A stretch of 64,000 nt of DNA. Source: Candidatus Krumholzibacteriota bacterium (lineage in GTDB: Bacteria > Krumholzibacteriota > Krumholzibacteriia > LZORAL124-64-63). A program made the translations under genes and the position numbers. The stretch lies in contig JBDLKA010000005.1 in NCBI GenBank assembly GCA_039714075.1, forward strand, positions 24,788 through 88,787. The letters are read 5' to 3'. The notes beneath the pieces are model-generated. The model ran no database searches. It saw nothing but the letters and a program-made list of their open reading frames with translations, and had not been told where the DNA came from. Of the stretch, positions 1 through 10,600 are shown piece by piece (the stretch's first letter is position 1; every line of letters begins with the position of its first letter).

Positions 1-45
1 GCAGGAAATCCTGCGCCGCGCCGGCCGCAAATAGTTGCGGGCGCC

Positions 46-1002
46 ATGGATCCCAACCACACCATTGATCTGAGCATCATCATCGTCAACTGGAACACGC
101 GGGACATGCTGCGTGATTGTCTGGCCTCGCTGCCGGCGGCCACCGAAGGCCTGGCGACCGAGATCCTGGTGGTGGACAACGCCTCGGGCGACGAATCCGC
201 CGCCATGGTCGCTCAGGAATTCCCAGGGGCCATGCTTATCGAATCAGGTGGAAATCTGGGCTTCAGTCGGGGGAATAATCTGGCGCTGGAACGGGCCCAG
301 GGTGACGGAATCCTGCTGCTGAACCCCGACACCATCTGTCCCCCCGCCTCGCTGGTTCGCCTGTTCCGGTTCATGAACGGCCACCAGAACGTGGGCGCTG
401 TCGGGCCCCGATTGGTCGACGGCGAAAGCCGCCCCACCATTTCCGGAGGGTACTTTCCCCGGACGCGTTACCATTGGTTGGGCGTTTTGGATCCGTGGCG
501 CCTGTGGTTGAGGGGTTCTCTTTCCCAGCGAATCGTATTCATTCCGGAGCGTCAGGAGGCCTCCCGTCCCGTGGAGTACATAATGGGCGCCTGTTTTCTC
601 ATGCCCCGGCATGCCCTGGAAAAGGTCGGCCCGCTGGATGACCGGTTTTTCATGTATTTCGAGGAGACCGACTGGTGCTACCGGGCCCGGCAGGCCGGGT
701 TGGAAGTCTGGTATTGTGCGGAAACGGAGATCACCCATCTCGAGGGGAAGGCCGCCGAAATGGTCAGCCGGTTCAGCATCCTGCAATTCCAGAAAAGCTA
801 CCGGTTGTTCGTCGCCAAACATTACGGCAATGCGGCGGTCTGGGGTTTCCGGTTGGCCCAGTTCGCGGAATACGGTTTGAAATCCCTGCTGCGGCGCCTG
901 GCCCCTGGGAACCGTCTCCGCAACCGGGCCCTGGCTGAAAATTTCGCCCTCCGTGCCCGCCTCCAACTCAAGTCCCGCATCGAGGTCACCCCCCCTTCCT
1001 AG
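46..1002 (+). CDS. Glycosyltransferase family 2 (WbbL/rhamnosyltransferase-like)
   Basis: N-terminal SIIIVNWNT, VVDNAS(G)D, LLNPD (DxD-like), GACFL and FMYFEETDWC motifs typical of the GT2 WbbL-like group. Confidence 0.85.
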   Translation: MDPNHTIDLSIIIVNWNTRDMLRDCLASLPAATEGLATEILVVDNASGDESAAMVAQEFPGAMLIESGGNLGFSRGNNLALERAQGDGILLLNPDTICPPASLVRLFRFMNGHQNVGAVGPRLVDGESRPTISGGYFPRTRYHWLGVLDPWRLWLRGSLSQRIVFIPERQEASRPVEYIMGACFLMPRHALEKVGPLDDRFFMYFEETDWCYRARQAGLEVWYCAETEITHLEGKAAEMVSRFSILQFQKSYRLFVAKHYGNAAVWGFRLAQFAEYGLKSLLRRLAPGNRLRNRALAENFALRARLQLKSRIEVTPPS

Positions 1003-1028
1003 GGGGAGAGGGCGCGGAGCGGCGAGCC

Positions 1029-1126
1029 CCGGCAGGCGCTGCCTGTAAGCAAAGGGCCGGGATAATCCGCAGGGGCGAAGCCCTGAGGACATTCCCGGCC
1101 CTTTGCTTACAGGCAGCGCCTACCGG
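1029..1126. repeat. Long inverted repeat, REP/REPIN-like hairpin between convergent genes
   Basis: 1034-1062 is the exact reverse complement of 1093-1121 (29 bp), extendable to 34 bp with one mismatch; inner hairpin capped by GCGAAGC; no U-tract. Confidence 0.8.
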
Positions 1127-2670
1127 CGCCCCCCACCCCTCGCCTTCTTCTCGAACTCGGCAATCAGATCCACCCCTGAACCCAGGGAGATGATCCGGAA
1201 CTCCTCCACGTGGAGAGAGGCGTCGTCCAGCACGTTCAACTCCAGGTCGAAGGTCCGGCACAGCTCCCGGAACTGTTCCGGACGTGCTTCCAGAAGGTAC
1301 AGCGCCAACACGGGATTGGCCTGGATCTGCAGGCGCTTCTCGTGGGTGACGATGGCGATCCGGTGCACCAACCGCTCGATGCGGTTGCTCATGGTCTCCA
1401 TCGACAAGACCTTGCCCGTGCCCGAGCAGTAGGGGCAGTCGTCCGACAGCTGGGACAGCAGGGAAGGCCGCACGCGCTGACGGCTCATCTCCACCAGCCC
1501 CAGGCCGCTGACCTGGAAGACCTTGTGGCGGGCGCGGTCGCGCTTCAGGTGGTGCCGCAGCTCGTTGAACACCCGCTTCTTGTTGCCTTCGTTCTCCATG
1601 TCGATGAAGTCGATGACGATGATGCCGCCGAAATCCCGCAGTCGCAGCTGCCGGGCGACCTCGCGGGCGGCCAGCATGTTGGTCTGCAGGATGGTCTCTT
1701 CCTGGTTGCGCCGGCCGGTGAAGCGGCCGGTGTTCACGTCGATGGACACCAGGGCCTCGGTGGGCTCGATGATCAGGTAGCCGCCCTTCTTCATCCAGAC
1801 GCGCTTGTCCAGGGTGCGCTTGATTTCGGCCTCGATCTCGAACTGGTCGAAAATGGGCAGGTCGCCCTTGTAGTACTCGATCCGGTTCTTCAGCTCGGGG
1901 GCGAAATTCTTCACGTAGGTGCTCAGGCGGTTGTAGTCGTCCTTGTCGTCGATGAGCAGGCGTGCCGTGTCTTCCTTGAAGATGTCGCGAATCAGGGCCA
2001 CGACCAGACCCACGTCCTCGTGCACCAGGGCGGGAGCTTCCACTTCCTTGCCGTTGGACTTGATCTTGTTCAATAGATCACTGAGGTAGTTCACATCCGA
2101 TTTGAGGGCGTCCTCGGTAACTGCGGTGGCAGCGGTGCGGATTATGAAGGCGCCTTCGTCCGAGCGGTGTTTCTGCAGCAGCTGCTTGAGGCGGACCCTT
2201 TCGCGGCGGTCGTCGATCTTGCGGGATACCCCGATATGGCGCCCCTTGGGCATCATGACCAGGTAGCGTCCGGGCAGGCTGATGTCCGCGGTCAGCCGCG
2301 GACCCTTGGTGCTGATGGGCTCCTTGGTGACCTGGACGAGGATTTCGTCCCCCACCTTGAGCACCGTCCCGATGTCGGGAATCTGACGGTGGCGGCGGCG
2401 GCCGCCACGGCCACCGGAGCTGCTTTCTTCCTCTTCACTGTCGTCGTGATCAAGATCCGAAGCGTGCAGGAACCCCGCCCGCTCCATGCCGATTTCGATG
2501 AAGGCGGCCTGCAGGCCGGGTTTGACCGAGGAAACCTTGCCCTTGTAGATGTTGCCGACGATCCGTTTGGAGTCGGCCCCCTCGACGATCAATTCCACCA
2601 GTTCGCCGTCTTCGAGCATGGCGATGCGGATCTCGTGAGGAGACGAGTTGATGACCATTTCTTTTTTCAT
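1120..2670 (-). CDS. rng: Ribonuclease E/G family (RNase G-like, no degradosome tail)
   Basis: GNIYKGKV, AAFIEIG...GFLH S1 domain, QVTKEPISTKGPRLT, IDVNTG, GGIIVIDFIDM, CPYCSGTG Zn-link; about 516 aa; start placed at ATG 2670. Confidence 0.92.
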   Translation of the reverse strand: MKKEMVINSSPHEIRIAMLEDGELVELIVEGADSKRIVGNIYKGKVSSVKPGLQAAFIEIGMERAGFLHASDLDHDDSEEEESSSGGRGGRRRHRQIPDIGTVLKVGDEILVQVTKEPISTKGPRLTADISLPGRYLVMMPKGRHIGVSRKIDDRRERVRLKQLLQKHRSDEGAFIIRTAATAVTEDALKSDVNYLSDLLNKIKSNGKEVEAPALVHEDVGLVVALIRDIFKEDTARLLIDDKDDYNRLSTYVKNFAPELKNRIEYYKGDLPIFDQFEIEAEIKRTLDKRVWMKKGGYLIIEPTEALVSIDVNTGRFTGRRNQEETILQTNMLAAREVARQLRLRDFGGIIVIDFIDMENEGNKKRVFNELRHHLKRDRARHKVFQVSGLGLVEMSRQRVRPSLLSQLSDDCPYCSGTGKVLSMETMSNRIERLVHRIAIVTHEKRLQIQANPVLALYLLEARPEQFRELCRTFDLELNVLDDASLHVEEFRIISLGSGVDLIAEFEKKARGGGRR

Positions 2671-2697
2671 AGACAACCAACCGTTGCCGCCCGGGGA

Positions 2698-5511
2698 TCA
2701 GCCGATCATGTGCCGACCCATCCAGTAGCGCAGGCTGGATTCACCTACTTCCTCGATGGGCGACAACCAGCGTCCATCGGCGTGACGACCGAAGTATCCC
2801 GTGCGGGTGATGGCGCAATGGCCCGGTTCGGGCAGCGCTTCGGCCAGCAGGGCGGTCAAAAAATCGTGAACGGGCAGGGAAGCCCCGGTCTTGCTGCGCA
2901 AAAGTGAAACGCGCAGGACGGGGCCTTCACCGGCCTCGATTGAGTTGAGCGGCCCGAGTTCGCAGGTAGCGACCAGCTTGCGGGCATCGAGTTCTATGTC
3001 CCCCTTGGGACGCTTTCGCACGTGCAGCCATTTGTCACTGGCCAGGAAAGCGTCGACTGCGGCGGCGACCGTCCGGTAGGCGGGGCCGCCCTCTTCGCTG
3101 CCGGGCAATGCAACCCGGTAGTCCATGCGGGTGACGATCTGGTCGATGGACCGGGGGGTCTGTCCGCCGACCACGGCATCCCTCAAAATCTTCAATCCCG
3201 GCGGCAGGGTCCGGTTCACTTCCTCGATCCAACCGGGCACCTGGCGTTCCAGGGCAATGTCGAGACATTCACGCAAGCCAACAACACCCACCGGAAGGGG
3301 GGGGCCGAACTTGAGCAATGGATGTGGATGATAGCCCTTGCTGTAGGCCGCAGGCAAGCCCGAACGTCGCAGGGCCAGATGGAGTTGCCGCTGGAAGTCC
3401 AGGTGACCCAGGAAAACCATATCCCCGGATTTCTCGAATTCAATGCGATACCAGCACTTGGCCGCGGCCTGCTGGCGCCAGATCTGCCATTTGCGCTCTT
3501 CCTGGCCGGGTTTCGCGTCATCGGCGTTGCGTAGATCGAATTCCGGCCCCTGAGGGGTTTCTGGATCCCCGGCCGCAGGCGTGGGCGAAGCCGGGGCGAT
3601 CCGTTCCTGGGTTCCCTGGCGGCCCTTGGTGGGGATCGCGGGGCCCCGGCGGGGTTCGGCACCCTGCAGGGCCTCCAGTTTGGCAAAAATGTGGACCATG
3701 TCGCCGTCGCAGGAACTGCAATCGTAACAGGCGCCTTCCAGCCGGCAGTCCGGCAAAATGCGCGCCCTGGTGGCCCGGCGCCAGTCCCGTTGCAGGAAGG
3801 CCTTGTCCACCCCAGCATCCACCGTATCCCAGGGCAGTGGTACCTCAGGATCCCGGGGTGCCAGATACCCCTCCAGGTCCACGCCCGCCTCTTCCAGGGC
3901 CTGGTCCCACAGCTCGATGCGAAAATGTTCGGTCCAGCCGTCGAAACGGGCGCCCAGTTCCCAGGCCCGCTGGACCACCGGGGTCAAGCCCTCGTCGCCC
4001 AGCCCCAAAAGTCCCTCCAGAAAAGAAGTGTGCGGTTCCCTCAGGCTGACCTTCACCTTCAGGCGGCGCAGCGGCCGGGCCAGGTAATTGTTGCGCCGAT
4101 CGATTTCCGCGCGGGAAATCTGGCCGGCCCACTGGAACGGGGTGTGAACCTTGGGCGCGAACGGCGAAACCGAAACGTGAATCTGGGAACCGCCGCGTGG
4201 CGCCAGGGCGACGATCTTACCCACCAGGGCCACCAGTTCATCGAGGTCCTCGTTGGTCTCGGTCGGCAGCCCGATCATGAAGTACAGCTTGACGCCCTTG
4301 ACCCCCGACTCGAAGGCCTGCCGCGCCGTGGTGACGATATCGTCCTCGGTGATGTTCTTGTTGATCACGTCCCGCAGGCGCTGGCTGCCGGCCTCCGGAG
4401 CGAACGTGAAGCTGCCGGGCCTTTCCTGGCTGATGCGGCTGTAAAGGCCCTCGTCCACCGAATCGACTCTCAGGCTGGGCAGGGCCAGATTGGTCCGCTG
4501 GCCTTGGAAATGATTCTGGATGCCCACCACCGTCTCCCCCAGGCCGCTGTAGTCGGAGGTCGACAGGCTGAGCAGTGAAACCTCGGCGTAACCCGCGTCG
4601 GCGACGCCCTCGGCGGCGGCCTGCACCAGGGCGGCGGCGTCTCTTTCCCGCACCGGGCGGGTGATCATCCCCGCCTGGCAGAAGCGGCAGCCCCGCACGC
4701 AACCGCGCATGACCTCCAGGGCCAGCCGGTCGTGCACCGGTTCCATGACCGGCACCAGCTGGGCGGGTGGCGGAAAGGTATTGAGATCCTTGAGGACCCG
4801 CGCCCGTACGGGCCGGGTCACCCCGGGCCACCAGGCGCCATCGATCTCCCGAAGCCTGGCCAGGGTCTCGGCGCGCGACGCACCCGCGGCCTTCATTTCC
4901 GTCACGACGGCGGCGGCGTCCAGCACGCCTTCCTCGCCATCACCCAGCAGGATCAGATCCAGGAAGGGGCTGACCACGGCGGGATTCAGCGTGCACGATC
5001 CGCCGGCAATGAAAAGGGGATCGTCTTCGCCGCGGTCGTCCGCGCGCAGCGGCGAACCCACCAGATCGATCATCGTCAACATGTTGGTATAGGCCAATTC
5101 GTAGCCCAGGGAAAAACCGACGATATCGAAAAGACCTGCCGGCCGGCGAGACTCCAGACCGAACAGGGGCAGCCCTTCGGCCCGCATCATCTGTTCCATG
5201 TCCGGCCAGGGGGTGTAGGCCAGGTCGCAAAAAGTATGGGGTTTGTCCTGCAGGAGGCTGTAGAGGATGCGCAGGCCCTGATGGGACATGCCCACTTCGT
5301 AGGCGTCGGGAAAGGTCAGCAGGATATTGGCGCCCGCGGGGTCGAAACCGTGGCGGTCGGCGCCGAGTTCTCCACCGATATATCGGGCCGGGGACGAGAC
5401 CAGGGGCAGTACCCTGCGTGTCAGCGTCCGGCCAAGAAAATCCGGGTCATCAAAGCGCGGATCCGGCCTCCATCTATCCGAAGCGCCGGACCCCTTTTCG
5501 AATGCAAACAA
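2698..5511 (-). CDS. B12-binding radical SAM protein (TIGR03960-like) fused to a C-terminal TIGR03936/DUF2344-like domain
   Basis: FPDAYEVGMSHQG, CVRGCRFC (CxxxCxxC), FAPEAGSQRLR, YFMIGLPTET; C-terminal FLGHLD...YSKGYHPHPLLKFGPPLPVG; TTG start uncertain. Confidence 0.85.
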   Translation of the reverse strand: MFAFEKGSGASDRWRPDPRFDDPDFLGRTLTRRVLPLVSSPARYIGGELGADRHGFDPAGANILLTFPDAYEVGMSHQGLRILYSLLQDKPHTFCDLAYTPWPDMEQMMRAEGLPLFGLESRRPAGLFDIVGFSLGYELAYTNMLTMIDLVGSPLRADDRGEDDPLFIAGGSCTLNPAVVSPFLDLILLGDGEEGVLDAAAVVTEMKAAGASRAETLARLREIDGAWWPGVTRPVRARVLKDLNTFPPPAQLVPVMEPVHDRLALEVMRGCVRGCRFCQAGMITRPVRERDAAALVQAAAEGVADAGYAEVSLLSLSTSDYSGLGETVVGIQNHFQGQRTNLALPSLRVDSVDEGLYSRISQERPGSFTFAPEAGSQRLRDVINKNITEDDIVTTARQAFESGVKGVKLYFMIGLPTETNEDLDELVALVGKIVALAPRGGSQIHVSVSPFAPKVHTPFQWAGQISRAEIDRRNNYLARPLRRLKVKVSLREPHTSFLEGLLGLGDEGLTPVVQRAWELGARFDGWTEHFRIELWDQALEEAGVDLEGYLAPRDPEVPLPWDTVDAGVDKAFLQRDWRRATRARILPDCRLEGACYDCSSCDGDMVHIFAKLEALQGAEPRRGPAIPTKGRQGTQERIAPASPTPAAGDPETPQGPEFDLRNADDAKPGQEERKWQIWRQQAAAKCWYRIEFEKSGDMVFLGHLDFQRQLHLALRRSGLPAAYSKGYHPHPLLKFGPPLPVGVVGLRECLDIALERQVPGWIEEVNRTLPPGLKILRDAVVGGQTPRSIDQIVTRMDYRVALPGSEEGGPAYRTVAAAVDAFLASDKWLHVRKRPKGDIELDARKLVATCELGPLNSIEAGEGPVLRVSLLRSKTGASLPVHDFLTALLAEALPEPGHCAITRTGYFGRHADGRWLSPIEEVGESSLRYWMGRHMIG

Positions 5512-5524
5512 TTTTTCCTCGATT

Positions 5525-7003
5525 TCAGGAGTCGCCCTGTTCCGGTTCAGCGACCGGCGGCAACGGTTTTACGGGAATTTCCACTCCGGCGGCATGGTTG
5601 TCGAACACATCCTTGCCGGTTCCTTCATCGAAGGACACGGGGTAGTTGCCGGTGAAGCACGCCTCGCAGTACCGTCCCCCGTCTCCGGCGGCTTCCAAAA
5701 GCCCGGGCAGGGAAAGGTAGGCGAGGGAATCGACCCGCAAATAGGTGGCGATTTCGTCCACGGTATGGCTCGAGGCGATCAACTCGTTTCTGACCGGGGT
5801 GTCGATCCCGTAGTAACAGGGATTGGTCACCGGCGGCGAGGCGATGCGCAGGTGAACCTCTTTGGCCCCGGCGCCGCGGATCAGTTTCACCAGCTTGCGC
5901 ATGGTCGTGCCGCGCACGATGGAATCATCCACCACTACGACTCTCCTGCCGTCGAGAATCTCGGCCACGGGGTTGAATTTAATGCGAACCGACATGTCCC
6001 GCACCTTCTGGGCGGGGGAAATAAAGGTCCGTCCGACGTAATGGTTGCGGATGAGGGCCAGCTCGAAGGGCAGACCGGTGGCGCGGGCGTACCCCAGGGC
6101 CGCGGTGTTGCTGGAATCGGGCACCGCGCAGACCAGGTCCGCGACCGCGGGCGCCTCCCGGCCCAGGATTTCCCCGCTGCGGCGCCGGGCGGCCTCGACG
6201 TTGCGGCCGAACACCGTGCTGTCGGGCCGGGAAAAATAGACATGCTCGAAGACGCAGCGCTTTTCCTCGGCTTCGATGGGCAGCTTGCGGCTGACCAGTT
6301 CCCCTTGCCCCATCACCACCATTTCCCCCGGTTCGATGTCCCTCAGGTAGGTCGCGCCGATGATGTCGAAGGCGCAGCTTTCGCTGGCTACCACATAGCT
6401 GTCGCGATAGCGGCCCAGGCACAGGGGACGGAAGCCGTTGGGGTCACGGACGGCGATCAGCTTTTCGCGGGTCAGGACCACCAGGCTGTAGGCCCCTTTC
6501 ACTTCGGGGAGGATTTCCAGCAGGGCGTCCTCGCAGGCTTCGGCGCGGTGCCGCGCCAGCAGATGCTGAATGACCTCGGTGTCGCTGGTGGTGGCGAAGA
6601 TGGAGCCGTCGAGTTCCATGCGCCGCCGCAGCAGGTGGGCGTTGACCAGGTTTCCGTTGTGGGCCAGGCTCACCGTTCCCCGGTGCGAAGCCACCTGCAG
6701 GGGCTGCGCGTTCAGGATGTTGGAAGAGCCCGAAGTGCTGTAACGGACGTGTCCGATGGCATAATTGCCGGTCAACGAGCGGGTGGCCTCTTCGTCGAAA
6801 ACGTCGGCCACCAGGCCCATTTTCTTGTGGGTGCTCAGGCGGTGCCCGTCGGCCACGGTGATTCCTGCGCTTTCCTGGCCGCGATGCTGAAGGGCGTGCA
6901 GAGCCAGGCTGGCCAGTTCGGCGGCGCCTTCGACGGCCGCGATGCCCACCACGCCACACTCTTCATTCCAGTGCCGACGGCGGTTTCCGTATGTCGAACT
7001 CAT
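5525..7003 (-). CDS. purF: Amidophosphoribosyltransferase
   Basis: EECGVVG (propeptide then Cys1), LQHRGQESAGI, HVRYST, HNGNL, VVVDDSIVRGTT PRPP motif, Fe-S cysteines (CVFE, PCYYGID, CEAC). Confidence 0.97.
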   Translation of the reverse strand: MSSTYGNRRRHWNEECGVVGIAAVEGAAELASLALHALQHRGQESAGITVADGHRLSTHKKMGLVADVFDEEATRSLTGNYAIGHVRYSTSGSSNILNAQPLQVASHRGTVSLAHNGNLVNAHLLRRRMELDGSIFATTSDTEVIQHLLARHRAEACEDALLEILPEVKGAYSLVVLTREKLIAVRDPNGFRPLCLGRYRDSYVVASESCAFDIIGATYLRDIEPGEMVVMGQGELVSRKLPIEAEEKRCVFEHVYFSRPDSTVFGRNVEAARRRSGEILGREAPAVADLVCAVPDSSNTAALGYARATGLPFELALIRNHYVGRTFISPAQKVRDMSVRIKFNPVAEILDGRRVVVVDDSIVRGTTMRKLVKLIRGAGAKEVHLRIASPPVTNPCYYGIDTPVRNELIASSHTVDEIATYLRVDSLAYLSLPGLLEAAGDGGRYCEACFTGNYPVSFDEGTGKDVFDNHAAGVEIPVKPLPPVAEPEQGDS

Positions 7004-7043
7004 TAAGACTCCCGGGGTCGTGGTCCTGCTTCAAAAAGGTCGG

Positions 7044-7664
7044 TCAACGGGAAGCCGCCAGCCAGGCTTCCATGTGGGGGTTGATAAGCAGCCCCTCCTT
7101 GCGGCCGCTGGCCACGGCCAGCATTCGGCCCGCCTCCAGGGCGGTATCCGCCTCGCCCCTGATCAAAAGACGCCATAATACCCCGGATAGTACCGGGCCC
7201 TCCTGGCCCAGGGGGAAGGAAACCACATCCACCGGAGTGATCCCCGGCGCCGATTCCCCACCCAGCAGCAGATCATAGAGCCGGCCCTGTTCCATGGTCT
7301 CGGTTTCCAGATCCGTTCCCACGGCGGAGCCGGGCCACTGCGGGTCGAGGGTGTTGCCGGCCGGCGTCCGGTCCAGCCAGGACGCTTCGGCGCCGTCCAG
7401 GGTAAAATGTCCGTAATGGTGTTTGTTCGGGTTGAAGTACCGGCCCACGTCCAGCAGCCGGGCAATGGAAACCCCGGATTCCCCACCCCAGAAGGAGTGC
7501 ATTTCACACCGAAACAAACCCTCCAGGAGATGCCCGCCCTCCAGGCGGTCCTTCATGACCAGCAGGGCGGTGGCCGCATGCAGATCCACGCCCTTGTGGC
7601 TGGTCAGCAGCGTGGTCTGACCGGCGGTCGTGGCATCGGTCCGGGATGTCGACGGGCTATTCAT
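7044..7664 (-). CDS. Putative divergent PurS-like FGAM synthase accessory subunit (possibly tandem)
   Basis: Lies between purL and purF; GAAAGGA RBS; two NP motifs (YFNPNKH, LLINPHME), the second resembling the PurS C-terminal LLANPVIE. Confidence 0.5.
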   Translation of the reverse strand: MNSPSTSRTDATTAGQTTLLTSHKGVDLHAATALLVMKDRLEGGHLLEGLFRCEMHSFWGGESGVSIARLLDVGRYFNPNKHHYGHFTLDGAEASWLDRTPAGNTLDPQWPGSAVGTDLETETMEQGRLYDLLLGGESAPGITPVDVVSFPLGQEGPVLSGVLWRLLIRGEADTALEAGRMLAVASGRKEGLLINPHMEAWLAASR

Positions 7665-7695
7665 GGCGTCCTTTCAAAAACCGGATCAATTGGGG

Positions 7696-10600
7696 TCAAC
7701 ACAACTCGACCAACCGGCGCATCAGGAAACTGCCGGGACCCGCGGATTCCAGAAGATTGAAATCCCCCGCGGCGGCCTGGCGCAACCGGCCCCAGGCATG
7801 GGGCAGATCTTCGGGCACGTGGCGCAATTGTGCGGCGCGCTCCGGGTGCGGCATCATGGCCAGCACGTTGCCGGCGGCATTGGTCAATCCCGCCACATGA
7901 AGCAGGGACCCGTTGGGATTCCCGGCCGCGGCGTCCGTCCGTCCGCCCAGTCCGGTGTAGCGCAGGGCCACCAGACCGTCGCTTTCCAGCCGGGAGAAGA
8001 ACCCCGGATCCTCGTGGGTGAATCGCCCCTCGGCATGGGCGATGGGCAGGGGGAAGGTGCCGTCCAGCCCTTCGACAAAGGGAGTGCGGGCCCCGGGCAC
8101 GGCCTCCAGCCCGACCCAGCGGGAATGATAACCCCGGCGGCCCGGATACCGGTTCGCGGCCAGGGCCACTTCCACCGCGCCGGGTTCGATGCCCGGCACC
8201 AGGCCGGCTTCCACCAGGACCTGGCAACCGTTGCAGATTCCCAGAATGGGTTTGCCCGCCGCCTCGGCGGACAGCAGGACACGCAACAACGGATCCTTGG
8301 CGGCCACGGCCCCGGCGCGGACACGATCCTGGTAGGAGAACCCGCCCGGAATCAGGAAACCGTCGAAAACGCGCAACTCGTCCGGAGAGCGGGTCCAACG
8401 GAATATTTCCGCTTCCGCCCCGGATGCTTTCAGGATGCGGCGGGACTCCTCTTCGCAATTGACCCCCGGCAACTGGACCACCGCCACCCGCGGCTTGGCC
8501 TGCAGATTGACGGCCGCCGCGCAGGAAGCCGGATCCTGGTGGCCGGCTTCATCACCGTTGTCGGCGGGGTCGGGAACGGCGTTTTCCGCCTTGGACCCGC
8601 CCAACAACCGGGGCAAACCGGTTTGCCAGGCCTTGGTCATGTCCGTGACACTCAGGCGGAATAGACTTTCACCTGCGGCTGTGGCGACTTCGATCCCGGG
8701 TTCGGCCGTCACTTCTCCCAACCGCCACCAGTCGGTCCCGGCGGTGTCCAGGATGTCGACGGCCTGCTCCAGGTCGTCGGCCGCCAGGGTCACCAGGAAT
8801 CCTCCCGCTTCGCTGAACAGGAATTCCCGCACCGAGAGATGAGCCTGACCTTCGGGAATCCTGATGTCGGCGCCGTGGCACGACCCGGCTTCCTGGCCCA
8901 TGGCCATCTCGCTGAGGCAAACCGCCAGGCCGCCGTCGCTGATGTCGTGGGCGGCGGAGACAACCCCCGCGCGCACCAGTTCGATGACGCCCCGGATTTC
9001 ACAGCGGGCGGCATCGAAATCCAAGGCGGGAACGGCCGGCCGGCCGGCCTGGAACCCCGCGTCCAGATACAGGGAACCCTGCATCTCCGGCAGCCGGGAA
9101 CCGACCATCAGGATAATGTCGCCGGCGTCCTTGAAACGCTGGCTGCGGCAGTGGGTGTAGTCGTCGATCAGGGCCACGACCGCAACAATGGGCGAGGGCG
9201 CCACCGAACGCCCGGTGCTGCTCTGGTTGTAGAAACTCACATTGCCCGAAATGACCGGAAGCGGAGCCCCGGGCTTGGCGTAGCATCCCACCTGGCGGCA
9301 GGCGTCCCCCACTCCTTTGACGGCCTCGGTGAACTGGCCGAACGACGCCGGGATTTCCGGGTTGCCGAAATTGAGACAATCCGTGATCGCGGCCGGTTCC
9401 CCTCCGACACAGGCCACGTTGCGGCAGGCTTCGAGCACGGCCGCGGCACCGGCGGTCCAGGGATCGGCCAGTCCCAGCAGGGGGTTGCCGTCGGCGCTGA
9501 GGGCGACGGCCTTGCGGCTGCCCTCCACCGGGGCGATGACGCCGGCATCCGCCTCGCCGGGCCGGAGAATGGTTGCGGCCTGGACCTCAGGATCATAGTG
9601 CCGGTAGATGTATTCCCGGCTGGCCACGTTGGGATGGCTCATCAGGGCCAGCCACTCGTCGGCAATCCGGTCACCCGGAGCCTCGGGCAGACGTTCGTCC
9701 GCGGCCACGTCCGGCCGGGCGGGCAGTTCGACCTCCCGGTCGTAGCGAATGCCTTCGGTGATGGTTTCGATGGGCGCCTGGCACAGGATCTTGTCCCCCC
9801 ACCGCAGGATGTACTGGCGGTCGACGGTCACCTTGCCGATACGACGGGCGCTCGCCCCCTCGTACAGGGACGGCAGGGCGAAGTCCTCGTTGTAGATCTT
9901 CAGAACTGCCTCGGTCAGGCGGGCGGGCACGGCCAGGCCGTACCTTTCCTGGGTCTCGCTGCAGGCGCAGACCCGGGCCGGCAGATCCGCGATCTGATGC
10001 ACCAGCTGCACGTCCACATCGCAGCCGAACCCTCCGGCGTCGGCAAGTTCGCTGGTCACGCAGCTCACACCGCCGGCGCCCAGGTCCTTGAATCCGATGG
10101 TCACTTTTTCCCGGCGGGCCATGGCCAGGACCTCGCGGTTGGCCACCGAAAGGATGCGTTTCAAAAACGGATCGGGTGTCTGGACCGAGCCCTTGTTCTC
10201 GGTGGCGGCCTCGGCATCAAGGGTGGCCGAGGCGAAAGCCGCCCCGCCCATGCCGCTCCAGTCGGTGGGCTTGCCGACCAGGATCAGGTCGTAGGGTTCC
10301 TTGGCGGCTTCCTTCGGCACGGCGCTGTGGGTAATGTGATCCTGCTCCACGAGGCCCACGGCCACCACGTTCACCAGGCAGTTCTCGTTGAACGAGTGAT
10401 GGAAGTAGACGTCCCCGCCCAGGTTGGGCACCCCGATGGCGTTCCCGTATTGCCAGATGCCGTCCACCACCTGGCGGGCGATGTCCACCCGGTGGGCGGC
10501 CTCGTCGTCGCTGTCGGATTCCCGGTCCGGCCAGCCGAACCGCAGGGGATCCAGCGTGGCGATGACTTCGCCCCCCATGCAGTACACATCCCGCACGATG

